A stretch of DNA of 50,082 nucleotides, filler included, from Dimargaris cristalligena (GCA_003614675.1; 2 parts of 2 records of this genome joined end to end with filler, not necessarily neighbours in it); one strand, 5' to 3'. Positions 33,467 through 45,358 are shown, counted from the whole stretch's first letter. The notes: generated by a model from the sequence alone, not told the origin. Made by a program: numbers and translations.

Positions 33467-36400
33467 GTTTTAGGAGGGTATTCAATGAATAAAAAAGCGA
33501 TTACACTCACAGTGACTGTAAGTCCAATCTCAGGGTAGATTTTAAAAATGGCCACTGCAAGAGAGTAAGTGCCGAAATAGGGTAAGGAGCAACCGATAAT
33601 AAGAGATACAAAAATAGCTTAGAATATAGGGATGTACACATGGGCAGCTACCGCCCATTGACTAGCCGAAGTGTATTAGAAGAGCGGGGAGTTGCTTGTA
33701 TCGGGGGGGCGGGTTAAAGGGGCGCCCAGAGGGCCTATGAAGGAGTTCCGACAATACTAGTTTATAGAAAAAAGGCACTGAGGAGAGCCCTTCAATACGA
33801 TAATTGGAAAGTAGGCCAAGTTGACTGAAGTATATTATACATGGGTTTGATAAACAGCAGGAATTCTGACAATAAAACATGGGCTCGACTCCACCATGGG
33901 CAGGACTAATAAATTCAATTTTAAGTTGCAATTAAGTTGGCGAATGTATGAAGGGGAAAGGTGGTGGTGGTATGGGGGGTGCCAAACTAGTCTGCAAAAA
34001 TTAGTTATAAATTATGTAAATTAGGCCTAAACTGGCGTAGTTTCGGGATATAGAGTTTGGCTGAGCGACCGACAGACCGTACGGGTGGCGCGAAGTTTCG
34101 AATTAAAATGTCTAAAGGATGGAAAATTAATTAGTGGCGAAAAGGCAGTCTAAAAAATGTATGCCGCCGGAAAACAAATATATATAGAGTAGTAGGGCAA
34201 ATTGTGGAACCTCTGTAGTAGAAGATGTAGGGGCAGGCTTATATAATTATATAAGCTGGTAAGAGAGGGTAGAGGGGGACTAGGTACAGGGGCGGCCATT
34301 AGCAGAGAAGGGGAGGGACGGGCGCCAAAACCCGACAGTACGGACCCCGCGGCTGATTGTACAATAGCTTCGAGGAAAGGGAGTAGCGCCGAGGGCCGAC
34401 CATTAAGGGAGGGGGAGAAGGGACGAGAGGGGTTTAAACACACTGTGCCTAGTTATCCGAAACGTATTTTGCCATTATATTAATACAAAGAGGAGTTGCC
34501 AAGAATGAAAGAGTACTATCGAGGTGACTTACTTCAATGGTTAAATAGACCAAAAATCGAAAATGGCGATTAGGCGATGGCAAACGTACAAAACTCTCCG
34601 CTGCGTATAAGCTGACCTAGGCCGATATGCCCCTATACTAATGTACTCTTGCCGTGTGCCCCACTGAGGGTATTGGTTAGTGTCATTTAGGAGAGTAAAG
34701 CGGCCTTTATTGCAATTAATAGTAGCTTCCATTGACTTTGAGGTACATCCTCTTTCCGTTCAATTATATTTTAATCCACCCACACCACCCCGTGTATGTC
34801 AGGGCAATGCCATAATCCAAAGGTCTACGGACTTTCCCGCCCGCCGCATTTATCCCTTTTCCTCCTACTTTCATTTACCCCATCCCCTACTCTCTCATAC
34901 TCTTGTTTTTTGGTCATTCATTTCAAAGTGCCTTGGCAATCCTATTTAGTTGGGATAAAGACCCCTCAATTAGAGGATCACCCGTATAGTCAGGGATAAA
35001 AAGGAAACCAGAATGTGAATCAATATAGAGCAGCATTGGCTGTAGCCACCTCTCGAAGCCCATTTAGCGACTGTCACTTCGTCAAACAGTCACCGGCTGT
35101 TACCTTTCCTACCCCGGGACAGTTGAAATTGCGACCCCCCCGCCCTTAGTTCAACGGCATCTATTTCTTGCCCTGTGCCCATGCACCCGTGAAAGCAGAG
35201 AAGCCGACGGGGGGACTACCTATCAAGCGAATAGACGCCCTTGTCACCGGCCTTCGCCCACTTTCTCTTAAATTGCTCAATAATTTCGGCAGTCGACATC
35301 GACTCCCCCCGCTATGTGTTCTTCACTCGTACCTCTATTGAGAATTATTTGGTCGTTCATATTAGTGTCCGACTATTTACTGGTATAGACATTTAGACAG
35401 CCGTGTCAGTTCTATTTTACCATGTTTTAAAGAAAATTTTAACGTATTAATTGGCCGGTGACCATATCAGAGCAGCTAATGGAGACACAATGGCTAAATG
35501 CAATATCCTTCTCAATACAATTCCTAAGTTGTCTATTATTTTTGCGGATTTGTTAATCGAGCCACTTTATTGAATAACAGGCTGTATGTGTCAGCAACAA
35601 AAGCTAACCCCTCAACTGCCACGCCTGGGTCCACTAGATAATGGCCTACTAAGCGGGGGCTGCATATATACTAGACTTTAATAGTGGTTAGGATAGATAT
35701 CCGAAAAATGGTGAGAATTTGCCTAGGTGCGGGATACGAGAGATGGGGGTGAGAGTATAAAGGTAAGGGGGTAAATTTCAGTATTGGCTTTTGGCCCTAA
35801 AGGCAGCCAAGCAAGGATTTTTATGGGCCTCGGATGGTTGGTGTAATTATATGGGTAGAAAATCGACATGGGTCTTGGGCAACCCACTGGGCTAATCAAG
35901 CCATAACTCTGCTTTAAATTATCGCATATCTAGTGTAACATCCGGTAAAATAGTTGTCCACTTCACTGCCAGCCAAGGAACATGTGGGGGATCGTCGTTA
36001 ATCAATTATTACCGTGGCCTAAGGTTCAGCCGACAAATACAGGTTTCTGATCTTATTGGTACGATTGCCATACATGATAAATAGGAGCGCCATGCCAATC
36101 GTGAACACTTATATCAAGGATGCGGTATAAAAGCTAGGTTGCCAATAGAGACATTAATCATCTTCTAGGTGACCGGTAGTAAGGGCAATTAATCGAAATG
36201 AAACCAATAAGATGCTGGCGGTCCCAGGATACATTATAAAGCCACTTAGATAAGGCGTGGGCTTAGGATAAGTATACCGAATCGCACCAACATTAAGATT
36301 TTGCAGTACCTTTTTTCTTTTTTTTGGAAATACGACACATATGGGGGACTACCCTATTAGAATAGTGTGTATCACAAATGTAGATAGTCGGCAATCACAT

Positions 36401-36747
36401 CTCAGAACTACCGGCTAGTATTCCAATCCACTAACGAATATTGAGGAACGATCGGGTTCTTTAATTGGTAATTCAAATAAAACTGTATAATTACAAATTG
36501 CGGAGATTAAAGAGCAAGTATAAAGGGGGTCGGGTTATTACGCCCTAGAAAAAAGTTTACAAATAGTCAGGTATATGACTGACCAGTCTGGACGACCGGG
36601 CTGGGCTAAAGCCCAAATGGTCCAATAATACATGTCCGAGGAGTACGAGGGAATAGGCTAGGCGCCGATTTGAGGGCTCCTTCAGAAATAATAATACTAA
36701 TAAAAAGTCCTATAAGGGAATCGGATAAGACCAACCACTATTTTGAT

Positions 36748-37143
36748 TTAAATCTGGTCATTAGCGAAAGTGGAACGACGGTTGAACACTTTGCCGCAAG
36801 GGCCGCTCAGACACCCAGTACCACAGTGGGCGTTGGTGAAGCCACAGAAACCCTGCTTGCTACAGCACGCACCGCTCTGGCAGGGCGTGGCGGCATTGCA
36901 ACTGCCGGAACCACTGGGAGGGGGATTGGGGGAAGCGGGAGTGGGGGCACCCTTGCAAGGACCGCTCTGGCAACCGAAGCCGCAGTGGGTATCGGTGGAA
37001 CCACAGAAGCCAAAACCGCTGCAGCAGGTGCCGTTGGCGCACGGCTTGGAAACACTGCAGGTTCCGTCGGAACCCTGGGCCAGGGAGGAAGCGACGAAAA
37101 CCGAGAGGGTGGCGAGGAGAGCGACGGTGAAGAACTTGACCAT
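36748..37143 (-). CDS. Secreted double hevein/CBM18 chitin-binding protein, copy 1
   Basis: Signal peptide MVKFFTVALLATLSVFVASSLA; two 8-Cys modules (C-x5-C-x4-CC-x5-C-x6-C-x3-C-x4-C) containing CCSGFGFCG and CCSKQGFCG, joined by a Pro-rich linker. Confidence 0.93.
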   Translation of the reverse strand: MVKFFTVALLATLSVFVASSLAQGSDGTCSVSKPCANGTCCSGFGFCGSTDTHCGFGCQSGPCKGAPTPASPNPPPSGSGSCNAATPCQSGACCSKQGFCGFTNAHCGTGCLSGPCGKVFNRRSTFANDQI

Positions 37144-37280
37144 GGTGGAAGTGTGGGGGTGGGTGAGGGTGTGTTGGGATGGGTAAAAGTTGGTCGGGGT
37201 AGGCGTGTCTGGTAAAAGTGTTGGCAGGTACTGACTGAAAGATGATGATAATGTTACTGGGGAAGGGTGGAGAGTAGCTA

Positions 37281-37286
37281 TTTATA
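37281..37286 (-). promoter_or_regulatory. TATA box of hevein copy 1 (equivalents at 39608-39613 and 41697-41702)
   Basis: TATAAATAGC is conserved about 140-155 bp upstream of the ATG in all three copies. Confidence 0.7.
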
Positions 37287-39080
37287 CCTTCGCACTTCTA
37301 TGGCTGACAGGCTAGTTGGGAAGAAAGTAATCAGTCGGTGATATGCGGATTGGCTTGCCCGCCTAAAGCCGTAGAGATATGCAGCAGATTCAAATCGCAC
37401 TCACAAGTCTGGCCTAAAAATTAGTGCTAGTGCTACAATGACCCAGGGATATAAGGATCAGGTGGCTTCAAAGTGAATCCCATAGCCCAGCTTTTGAACA
37501 ATAGGCCGCGCCATACTCATACTGATACTGCATCTGGCATACAATTCACACACAGGAGGGGTCAACTGAGCACAATAAGCACGGCCTGGGTGGTATTGTT
37601 TGGCGTCCACTGGTGGAAACCCAGGCTATCGGACTTGACTATGGGACAGTCACAAAGGTGTGTCAATGGCAATGGCTTTACGTAAAGGGTATTGGTCAGA
37701 CAATCAACGCAAAAGTGCCACTCGGTCTATAAGGGCTTGTTCAGGCCGACTATTGGAATGGCTGGATGGGAATAAAAAAATCCCCAAGCTCTAAAATATC
37801 CAATATTGAATTGGAACAATAGGTTTGGAGTTGTTGGGAAAACCAGCTAGTCAAGGTATATTGCCATACCCTTAATTAGGCAATCCAAACATAAATGAAT
37901 GTTCACAACCCCCACCCTCATAACCATTGTTCTGGTCATAAGTAAATGTTAACTGTGGAAGTCATCGAAGTTATAAAATCCTTTAGCGTACAATATCACT
38001 GAAAATGGTCAATACAATCGTTCATACAGTGTAGAACTACGTGCTTGCAGCTTCAGATTGGGATATCCAGACCTAATCTCGCACAAGGCGGCCCGTCAAA
38101 GGGTAGGGCGACCATTTCAACGATGAGAGTGGGCGTGATACTTTTTGTTAGTACAGCCGCTATTGTAGCAATCAAAGCACATACGCGATTCAGAAGAGCA
38201 CGCTAAGTACGGATGACAGGTGGGACCTCTGACAAACTGAAACGAGTCAGACCAAAGTCCAACGTCGAACTGTGTTAATGAACCGCGGGGCCTAGGAAAA
38301 AGCGAAAGTTGTTCTCTAAATTCAAGCAATGTCATATTCATCGGTGCATTGGTAGTAAGTGCAGTACCATTTTCTCGTACTAGATAGTAGGCATTGTAGA
38401 AATATCGTTTGGATTATCAGAATACCCAAAGTTAACCTCGCAGACGGAAGTAATCACCACAATGCGATAAATTATTGTTCACGAAAGCGAGAATATCTTA
38501 GAGCCAGTCCAATTAGCGACCCAACGAAGTGATAGTATAACCTTCTGCAGGGGAAGTGTGAGTGAGTTTGGTGCCAGACTCCAATATTTTAGACAGTTAA
38601 TCAGGCCGCCGGCTTGCGAATCGAGTGGCATTATGGTTTAGGGATTAACTGAGGATCTACAGCCTTCCCAATGAAGTACAGCTAATGCCGTACTTTTTTA
38701 TTTATGATTAATGATCCAATTTCTACAAATGATCAAAATTTGGCGCCAACATAGTAAACACCCAAGTTATTACTGGATTATCCAAATATTAGGGGGGAGT
38801 CGAAAGGTTTATTTACAGACTTAGGAGAAATACAGTTGGATTGGGAATTAAAGACCCAATGTCAATAGAGTGAATATAAAACAGGAGTGGTAAAAAGTAT
38901 GGTGGAAATACATACAGGATTGGTCAAATATATGGCTTCTGGGAAGTATTGGGTTTAAAGTGGCGAGTCGACTAATTATTCGAAGATGATTCGACTGCTG
39001 TGATAAGGTATTCGGGAAGTTGGGTGCGATGGTGGTCCCGACTAGTCATAGTCGGAGGCCTAGTTCATGGTTACTAAGAG

Positions 39081-39470
39081 TTAGTTGGTATGGGGGCTGG
39101 AGCGACGGTTGAACACTTGACCACAGGGTCCGCTCAGACAGCCGGTACCACAGTGGGCATTGGTGAAGCCACAGAAGCCTTGCTTGCTACAGCACGCACC
39201 GCTCTGACAGGGCGTGGCGGCATTGCAACTGCCGGAACCATTGGGAGGGGGATTGGGGGAAGCGGGAGTGGGGGCACCCTTGCAAGGACCGCTCTGGCAG
39301 CCGAAGCCGCAGTGGGTGTCGGTGGAACCACAGAAGCCAAAACCGCTGCAGCAGGTGCCGTTGGCGCACGGCTTGGAAACACTGCAGGTTCCGTCGGAAC
39401 CCTGGGCCAGGGAGGAAGCGACGAAAACCGAGAGGGTGGCGAGGAGAGCGACGGTGAAGAACTTGACCAT
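39081..39470 (-). CDS. Secreted double hevein/CBM18 chitin-binding protein, copy 2
   Basis: Almost identical to copy 1; tail QVFNRRSSPHTN. Confidence 0.93.
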   Translation of the reverse strand: MVKFFTVALLATLSVFVASSLAQGSDGTCSVSKPCANGTCCSGFGFCGSTDTHCGFGCQSGPCKGAPTPASPNPPPNGSGSCNAATPCQSGACCSKQGFCGFTNAHCGTGCLSGPCGQVFNRRSSPHTN

Positions 39471-41148
39471 GGTGGAAGTGTGGGGGTGGGTGAGGGTGTG
39501 TTGGGATGGGTAAAAGTTGGCCGGGGTAGGCGTGTCTGGTAAAAGTGTTGGCAGGTATTGGTTGAAAGAGAATTATGATGTTATTGAGGCAGGGTGGAGA
39601 GTAGCTATTTATACTTTCATCCGCCCATGAGTAACAGGTCAGCTCCAGCGAATGTAGTCAGCCGGCGATATGTGCATTCGCTTTTCCACTTACAGTTGTA
39701 CACACATACAGCAGATACAAATCACATCAATATGCCCCGCCTAAGAAAACTAGTGCATGTATCACAATGGCCCGGAGTATAGGCGCCGAATGGCTTGAAA
39801 GTGAATCATACGGCCTATTCTAGAACAATAGGCCACACCATACTCACAAATTGCCCAGGATTGGATTTTCGTTGTGAATAGGGTCGATGGGACACAATGG
39901 CCACAGGTGGAATGGTATTGTATGGTGCGCACTGGTGATCATCCAGGCTATTGGACTTGGAAATGAGACTGTTCCAAGGGGTGTAGGTGGCAGGACCTTT
40001 GCATAAAAGTCATTTTCCAAAAAATTGTCGCAAAAGAGTTATTCGGTCTATAAGTGTTTCTTCAGGCTGGTCATTCCAGTAGCAGAGTGGGAATAAAATA
40101 ACTCCCAACCTCTAAAATATCCGATATTGGACTAGGACAATGGATTTGGAGGTATTGGTATAATCCGTTAGTCATGCTATATTGCTATATCCTTAATAAG
40201 ACAGCGAAAACATATGTGATTATCGAAAGTCCTTCTACCTATTGTTCTACATAAAAAGCAATATTAACCGTGCCAATTGTTGCGGTCACAAAGTCCCCAT
40301 GCATTCACTGTCGCTGAATATGAACATATCACTAAAGAACAGGGCGACTCTGCCAATATATTGATTATATATGACGATATCTATTATATTTACCGCTACT
40401 GAGATTTTAAATACACAGTTGGGGACACCAGTAATATGGAGTAGGCCGGATCAGAGTATTTCTGGAAATTATGGCCATATAGCCAAGAGGACTAAGGAAA
40501 CGTGACGGTCGCCAACTAGGCCTTTAAGCAGGATATTTATCGGTGCTATAGTTATAGTCACATTGTTTAAATTAAAAATGCATGATTGGTTCCACATGCA
40601 GAGTTGTTAATGATTTAGAACTCCTGCCTGATTAATTATAAACCTCAAATGTGACCCTGCTATCTTGGAAAGATTCACTATGATATGATACCTGTTCACT
40701 AATGACAGCGCGATTACTATAAACCCGGCATATTTAGCGATAATATGAAGTTAAAGCTAATGGTATGCCATACTATTAGTGGCCACCCATCCAAAATCAA
40801 CGAATGGTAGAGATGTGGTGTCAATATAATACCCACTCAAGATGTCTGGGGATTAAAGTAAACATAGGAGGTGAAACTACAGGTTTATTTACAGACTTAT
40901 GAGTAACACAGTTGGATAGAATTTCCAGGGCCTACTGGTAATATAGTAAATTTAAGAATAAAAAAATGCGGAAAAGTAGTGCGGAAAATTATATAAATTG
41001 ATACAATATATATCTTGAGAAGTGTTAAGTTGAAAGCGGCGAATCAACTAATGGTACAGAAATGGGTCGACTAATGTGACAGGTATACGGATGGTTGGAT
41101 AGGACAATAGTCCTGCTCGGCACGGTTGGCAGTCCAGAACATGATCAT

Positions 41149-41544
41149 TTAGAGTTTTTTGGACTGGGGGCTGGAGCGACGGTTGAATACTTGACCACAG
41201 GGTCCGCTCAGACAGCCGGTGCCACAGTGGGCATTGGTGAAGCCGCAGAAACCTTGCTTGCTACAGCACGCACCGCTCTGGCAGGGCGTGGCGGCATTGC
41301 AACTGCCGGAACCATTGGGAGGGGGATTGGGGGAAGCGGGAGTGGGGGCACCCTTGCAAGGACCGCTCTGGCAACCGAAGCCGCAGTGGGTGTCGGTGGA
41401 ACCACAGAAGCCAAAACCGCTGCAGCAGGTGCCGTTGGCGCACGGCTTGGAAACACTGCAAGTTCCGTCGGAACCATGGGCCAGGGAGGAAGCGACGAAA
41501 ACCGAGAGGGTGGCGAGGAGAGCGACGGTGAAGAACTTGACCAT
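41149..41544 (-). CDS. Secreted double hevein/CBM18 chitin-binding protein, copy 3
   Basis: ATG at 41544; almost identical to copies 1 and 2; tail QVFNRRSSPQSKKL. Confidence 0.93.
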   Translation of the reverse strand: MVKFFTVALLATLSVFVASSLAHGSDGTCSVSKPCANGTCCSGFGFCGSTDTHCGFGCQSGPCKGAPTPASPNPPPNGSGSCNAATPCQSGACCSKQGFCGFTNAHCGTGCLSGPCGQVFNRRSSPQSKKL

Positions 41545-42895
41545 GACGGAAGTGTGGGGGAGGGTAAGGCTATGTTGAGGCGGAGTGGGGTGGGGTGGGT
41601 GAAGGTTGATCAAGGTAGGTGTGTCTGGTAAAGAAATTCACAGGTATCGGTCGAAAGGTTATGGTAATGTTACTGAGGGAGGGCGGGGAGTCGCTATTTA
41701 TATTACAGGGTAAACAAGGGGAACTGAGAATCAGGTCAGGGTACCTTGTTGCTGGGAATTTGTTTTCTAGTCAATGCAGTAGATGGGCTATTGACATTTC
41801 GGCACATTCTCGGTGATCCATCACAATCTGGTATTATCGGCGAAGTTTACAGGTATACATAATTCAATAAGCACAATGCAACCAATTGTTATGTTATCTC
41901 TATTACCCTTGAATCTAGGGTATGGAACAATAGCAGTGCCAATTTTCCCCATCAATATTGGGCTTTGGAAGTGATGCACGAGATCTTCACTTTGGACACA
42001 ATGGCTACTTTATGGTTCACGTCATCAATGATCCTGGTTTGCTGAAATTTTATATACTACAACCCCATTGTGGATATCAACTATACCGTTGAGAGTTTTA
42101 CCAAACGGCTGAAATATCACAGCAGTGGTTAAACAACTGTAGACAGCCGATAGACTAAATGCTTGTTTATTTTACTGTAAGTGGAACAATGGGTTTTTAA
42201 TATGGATAGGTAATTATAGCTAATACCCAGTACCTATTCAAAACTATAGCTTTACCATACGAGCTTTAACATGCCAGTGCTTATTGTTCCAGGGTGAATG
42301 TGGGCTTTCCAAATCAGGAATCATATTTGCACACGAGCTTAACATACTGGTTCCCATCATCGAATGTATGTACCTGGCTGGTAATGGTTCCAAATCACGT
42401 GTACTTGTTTCAGTATCGTTACTAGGCTCTGGTTTTATGGTGCTAGGCTGGGGAATGCTGATGGAACCTGCGAGCGCTTTTTCGGAATGACCTAATACCG
42501 ATGAGGTCGGCACTCAGATGGCAGATAGGGACATTGGTCGGAATTGCCATGGAGAGTTCGGGAGTGAGTGCACTGTAGATTGAAATACTCGAAGTTATTA
42601 ATATTCGGAGAGCGAAAGGTACAATGTATACGAAAAATATATATAAGTAAACAAAGAGTTCGGCATACCCTTAGAAATATATTAAGGGATTTTTAGTAAT
42701 ATTATGAACTGAACACAAGTTGCCATTTCAAAAAAGCATACTCTAACAAAGTGGGACTGGATATGGTTGGTCCTATAACTCATCTCCATTACAGGGTTTA
42801 TGGTGACGTTTAATAGTGGGTATGATGCATGCCCCAATAGTAAGTTATTAAATTATCATCCAGGATGGATACTTTCCAAAGGCCTCTAGGGTTTT

Positions 42896-43420
42896 TGTCG
42901 GCTCTCCTAATCTAACTTAATCCAGACCTAACAATTGCCCAACCCCATTAGGCCTTATAGTACCCTATTAACCCTCCTATAGTCACCCCTGGTACTATGG
43001 GGTCATCATTTATTATATAACCCTACTCATTCTAACCCTAATGCTTTGCACCCCAAATACTCAACTTACTGATCTAAGACTCTTCCAGTTCCTATGAGAG
43101 TCTTCCCAATGTGAAGCCATCTGGTCATACTCTTTAACTATCCCTACCTAAGTCATAGTAGTATTTCCCTTGGGACCTCCCTCTGGAGCTGTCCCTACAT
43201 ATATATAACCAGGCCCTACTGGGACTGGTCCAATTTCTTAGCTTATTCCTACCCCTTAGTTTACCTCAATAAACTCTATATACACTCACCCCCCTTGTAC
43301 TAACTAGTAAGTGTGTCTGCTGCATGCCCCTGACATTTACCTGCATTATCCTTTATTGGTTAGTACAATGCCCCCATCCTAATACTAGTAACCTGCTTGA
43401 CTGAGCCTAAGCCCCATCCA
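42896..43420 (+). mobile_element. LTR family A copy lacking its last roughly 60 bp, abutting CHMP7
   Basis: TGTCGGCTCTCCTAATCTAACTTAATCCAGACC...CCTGCTTGACTGAGCCTAAGCCCCATCCA aligns with the reverse complement of about 14499-15023; TATATAA at 43202, AATAAA at 43268. Confidence 0.9.
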
Positions 43421-43551
43421 AGAACTCGTATCCCCTTCCCCCGCCTGTATTGCTATGCCCAATGCGCTCTAGCAAAATCCTCTGAGACTTAATCTTAATT
43501 TGGGGATATTTTCACCCAACCTCTATACCCTCCACATCCTCCCCCTCCTAG

Positions 43552-45358
43552 ACCGAAATGGAACAAGGCGGTGAATTGATGACACTTACCGACTTCCATG
43601 CAACCCCGGCCGAAAGGTGGTCGTCGTGGCTTTTTGATAAACTCGTCACCGGACCCCTGATGTGGGGCTTGCAGCAACTTAATATCGTGGAGGAGGCTGA
43701 CCCATTGAGCGGCTCGTCCGAAGCATTCTCTTCTGGCGGACAGGTTTGGAATCAGGCCTACATTAGCCTATTGTTACTCAAGGTAAGTTAAAGTAAGTGG
43801 CCATTTATCTATACCAGGCGACGGTGAAACCCCGCTGGGTTCTAAGGACCTCCAAATATTCCTGGGTGATGAGGTATCAATATTTTGACACGTTGTCACT
43901 GGGCCTGTAAACACTAACCACTTTCATTTAACCCCTACACTGCGTCCCACACCCTAATCAATAATCAGAGAACATGCCAAAAGATTATCACGAAACAAAA
44001 AGAATTGTGCCATTATCCGGTAACGGATGGCCTCATGTCTGTCCGCGCCTTCCGAAGCCGTTTCGCAGACCTCTTAGTGGACGCACCTAGTAACAGAACA
44101 GACCTATATGAGCGACTAATGGCCGAGGTCGATGCGGCTGCCATTCTTAAATATCTCGAACGGGATTTGAAAGTAATCGTCACTCAGCCCGGAGCGGACT
44201 TTGATTCGGTAAGTTGGTTTATCCTATTGGGCCTATTCAGTTGCCTGCCCCCTTACCAAGTGACTGATTCTCCAAGATTATTACACCCGTGTCAGTGTGA
44301 TTACCAGTTAACCGTATCTAACGCTCAATAATCTAATTTCAACAAACTAATATGGTATTTCTTTAATGTCCGGCCCATAGAAGCTTATCAAATTCGTCAA
44401 TCGCACTACAAACCCGCAGATTGCCATCACTGATATCGACGGAGGGATCGTTCGGCTACTGGATTTCCAGGCTTCACTCGATAAGCAAATTCAGGCCCTA
44501 GAGAATCGGATTGCTGAGTAAGTAATTGTACATTTCATCGAACAGGCCATGCCATCTATTACTGCAATTATTAACCTCCATGGCCCCCTGGTATGCCAAG
44601 TATAATTTGATTTATAGCTGTGGTCCGCCATATTAATTAATCTACGCGATACCTTGTAATTACTCACTAATTTTAGTACGGGCCGACTGGCCAAGGCCGC
44701 TTTAGGACGCCAAAACAAAGGACAGGCGCTCATCTACCTTCGAATCAAAAAGGACATTACCGAAAACCACCTGCCCAACCGCATGCAGGCCTACGAAAAT
44801 ATATGCCAGATTATAAGTAAAATCCAGGAGGCCGACTCCGACGCTGATATTCTGGCGGCGTACAAAACGGGGGCCACCACCCTGCAGCAGGTGCTTTCCC
44901 ACCATGGCCTCACTCCCGATGCTGTCGAGGAGGCCCTCGATGAAGTCCAGGCTACTTTCCAGGACTACCAGGAGGTGCAGGATTCATTGCAGGCCGGAAT
45001 TCAAGGGATGACGACGACTGATGGAATGGGTAGACTGGCGGACCTGGACGGAACAATCGACCAGCAATTAGAAGAGGAACTGGCGGCTTTGATTTCACCG
45101 TCGGAGACTGAATCGCTGGTGAAGACCCCACCACCGATCGAACAGCCAGAGAAGGCCCAGCCGTCTCCCGATGCGGCAGTTCCGCACAAGGCGCCTGGTG
45201 AGGAAGCTCGGACGGAGTCCGCTGAATTGGCCCGCGTGACAAGTCTTCCCCCAGCACCCCAGCACTTGGCTTCTAGCCCGGAAGAGAAAGAAGAACCGGA
45301 GAGGAATTCACCAGCCGAGTCACCCAAGAAGATACAGCCAGAGTTGCAAGCGGCCTAG
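43552..45358 (+). CDS. CHMP7: CHMP7/Cmp7-like ESCRT-II/III hybrid protein, apparently lacking its 5' exon(s); exons 43552-43782, 43969-44208, 44381-44517, 44677-45358
   Basis: Spliced: TEMEQGGELMTLTDF...WSSWLFDKLVTGPLMWGLQQL...ILKYLERD...KLIKF...ITDIDGGIVRL...LDKQIQALENRIAD...KAAL..QNKGQALIYLRIKK...ISKIQEADSDADILAAYKTGATTL...EAL.EVQ: winged-helix region plus Snf7 domain. Three GTAAGT...YAG introns with consistent phases. Confidence 0.85.

Larger units (their letters stand above)
37144..41148. repeat. Diverged duplicated intergenic spacers of the hevein array
   Basis: About 37144-37950 aligns with about 39471-40270 (e.g. CTCTAAAATATCC.ATATTG; TCGGTCTATAAG). About 38800-39030 aligns with about 40880-41100 (AGGTTTATTTACAGACTTA). 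Confidence 0.85.

Noticed and set aside
33470-36700. Long gene-free stretch searched for hidden genes or repeats
   Set aside because: Only short non-ATG or low-complexity ORFs and weak purine/pyrimidine complementarity; nothing supportable.
36670-41631. Plus-strand Ala/Gly/Thr-rich and PQ-rich ORFs repeated three times
   Set aside because: Antisense frames of the hevein genes; signal peptide, Cys pattern and TATA box all support the minus strand.
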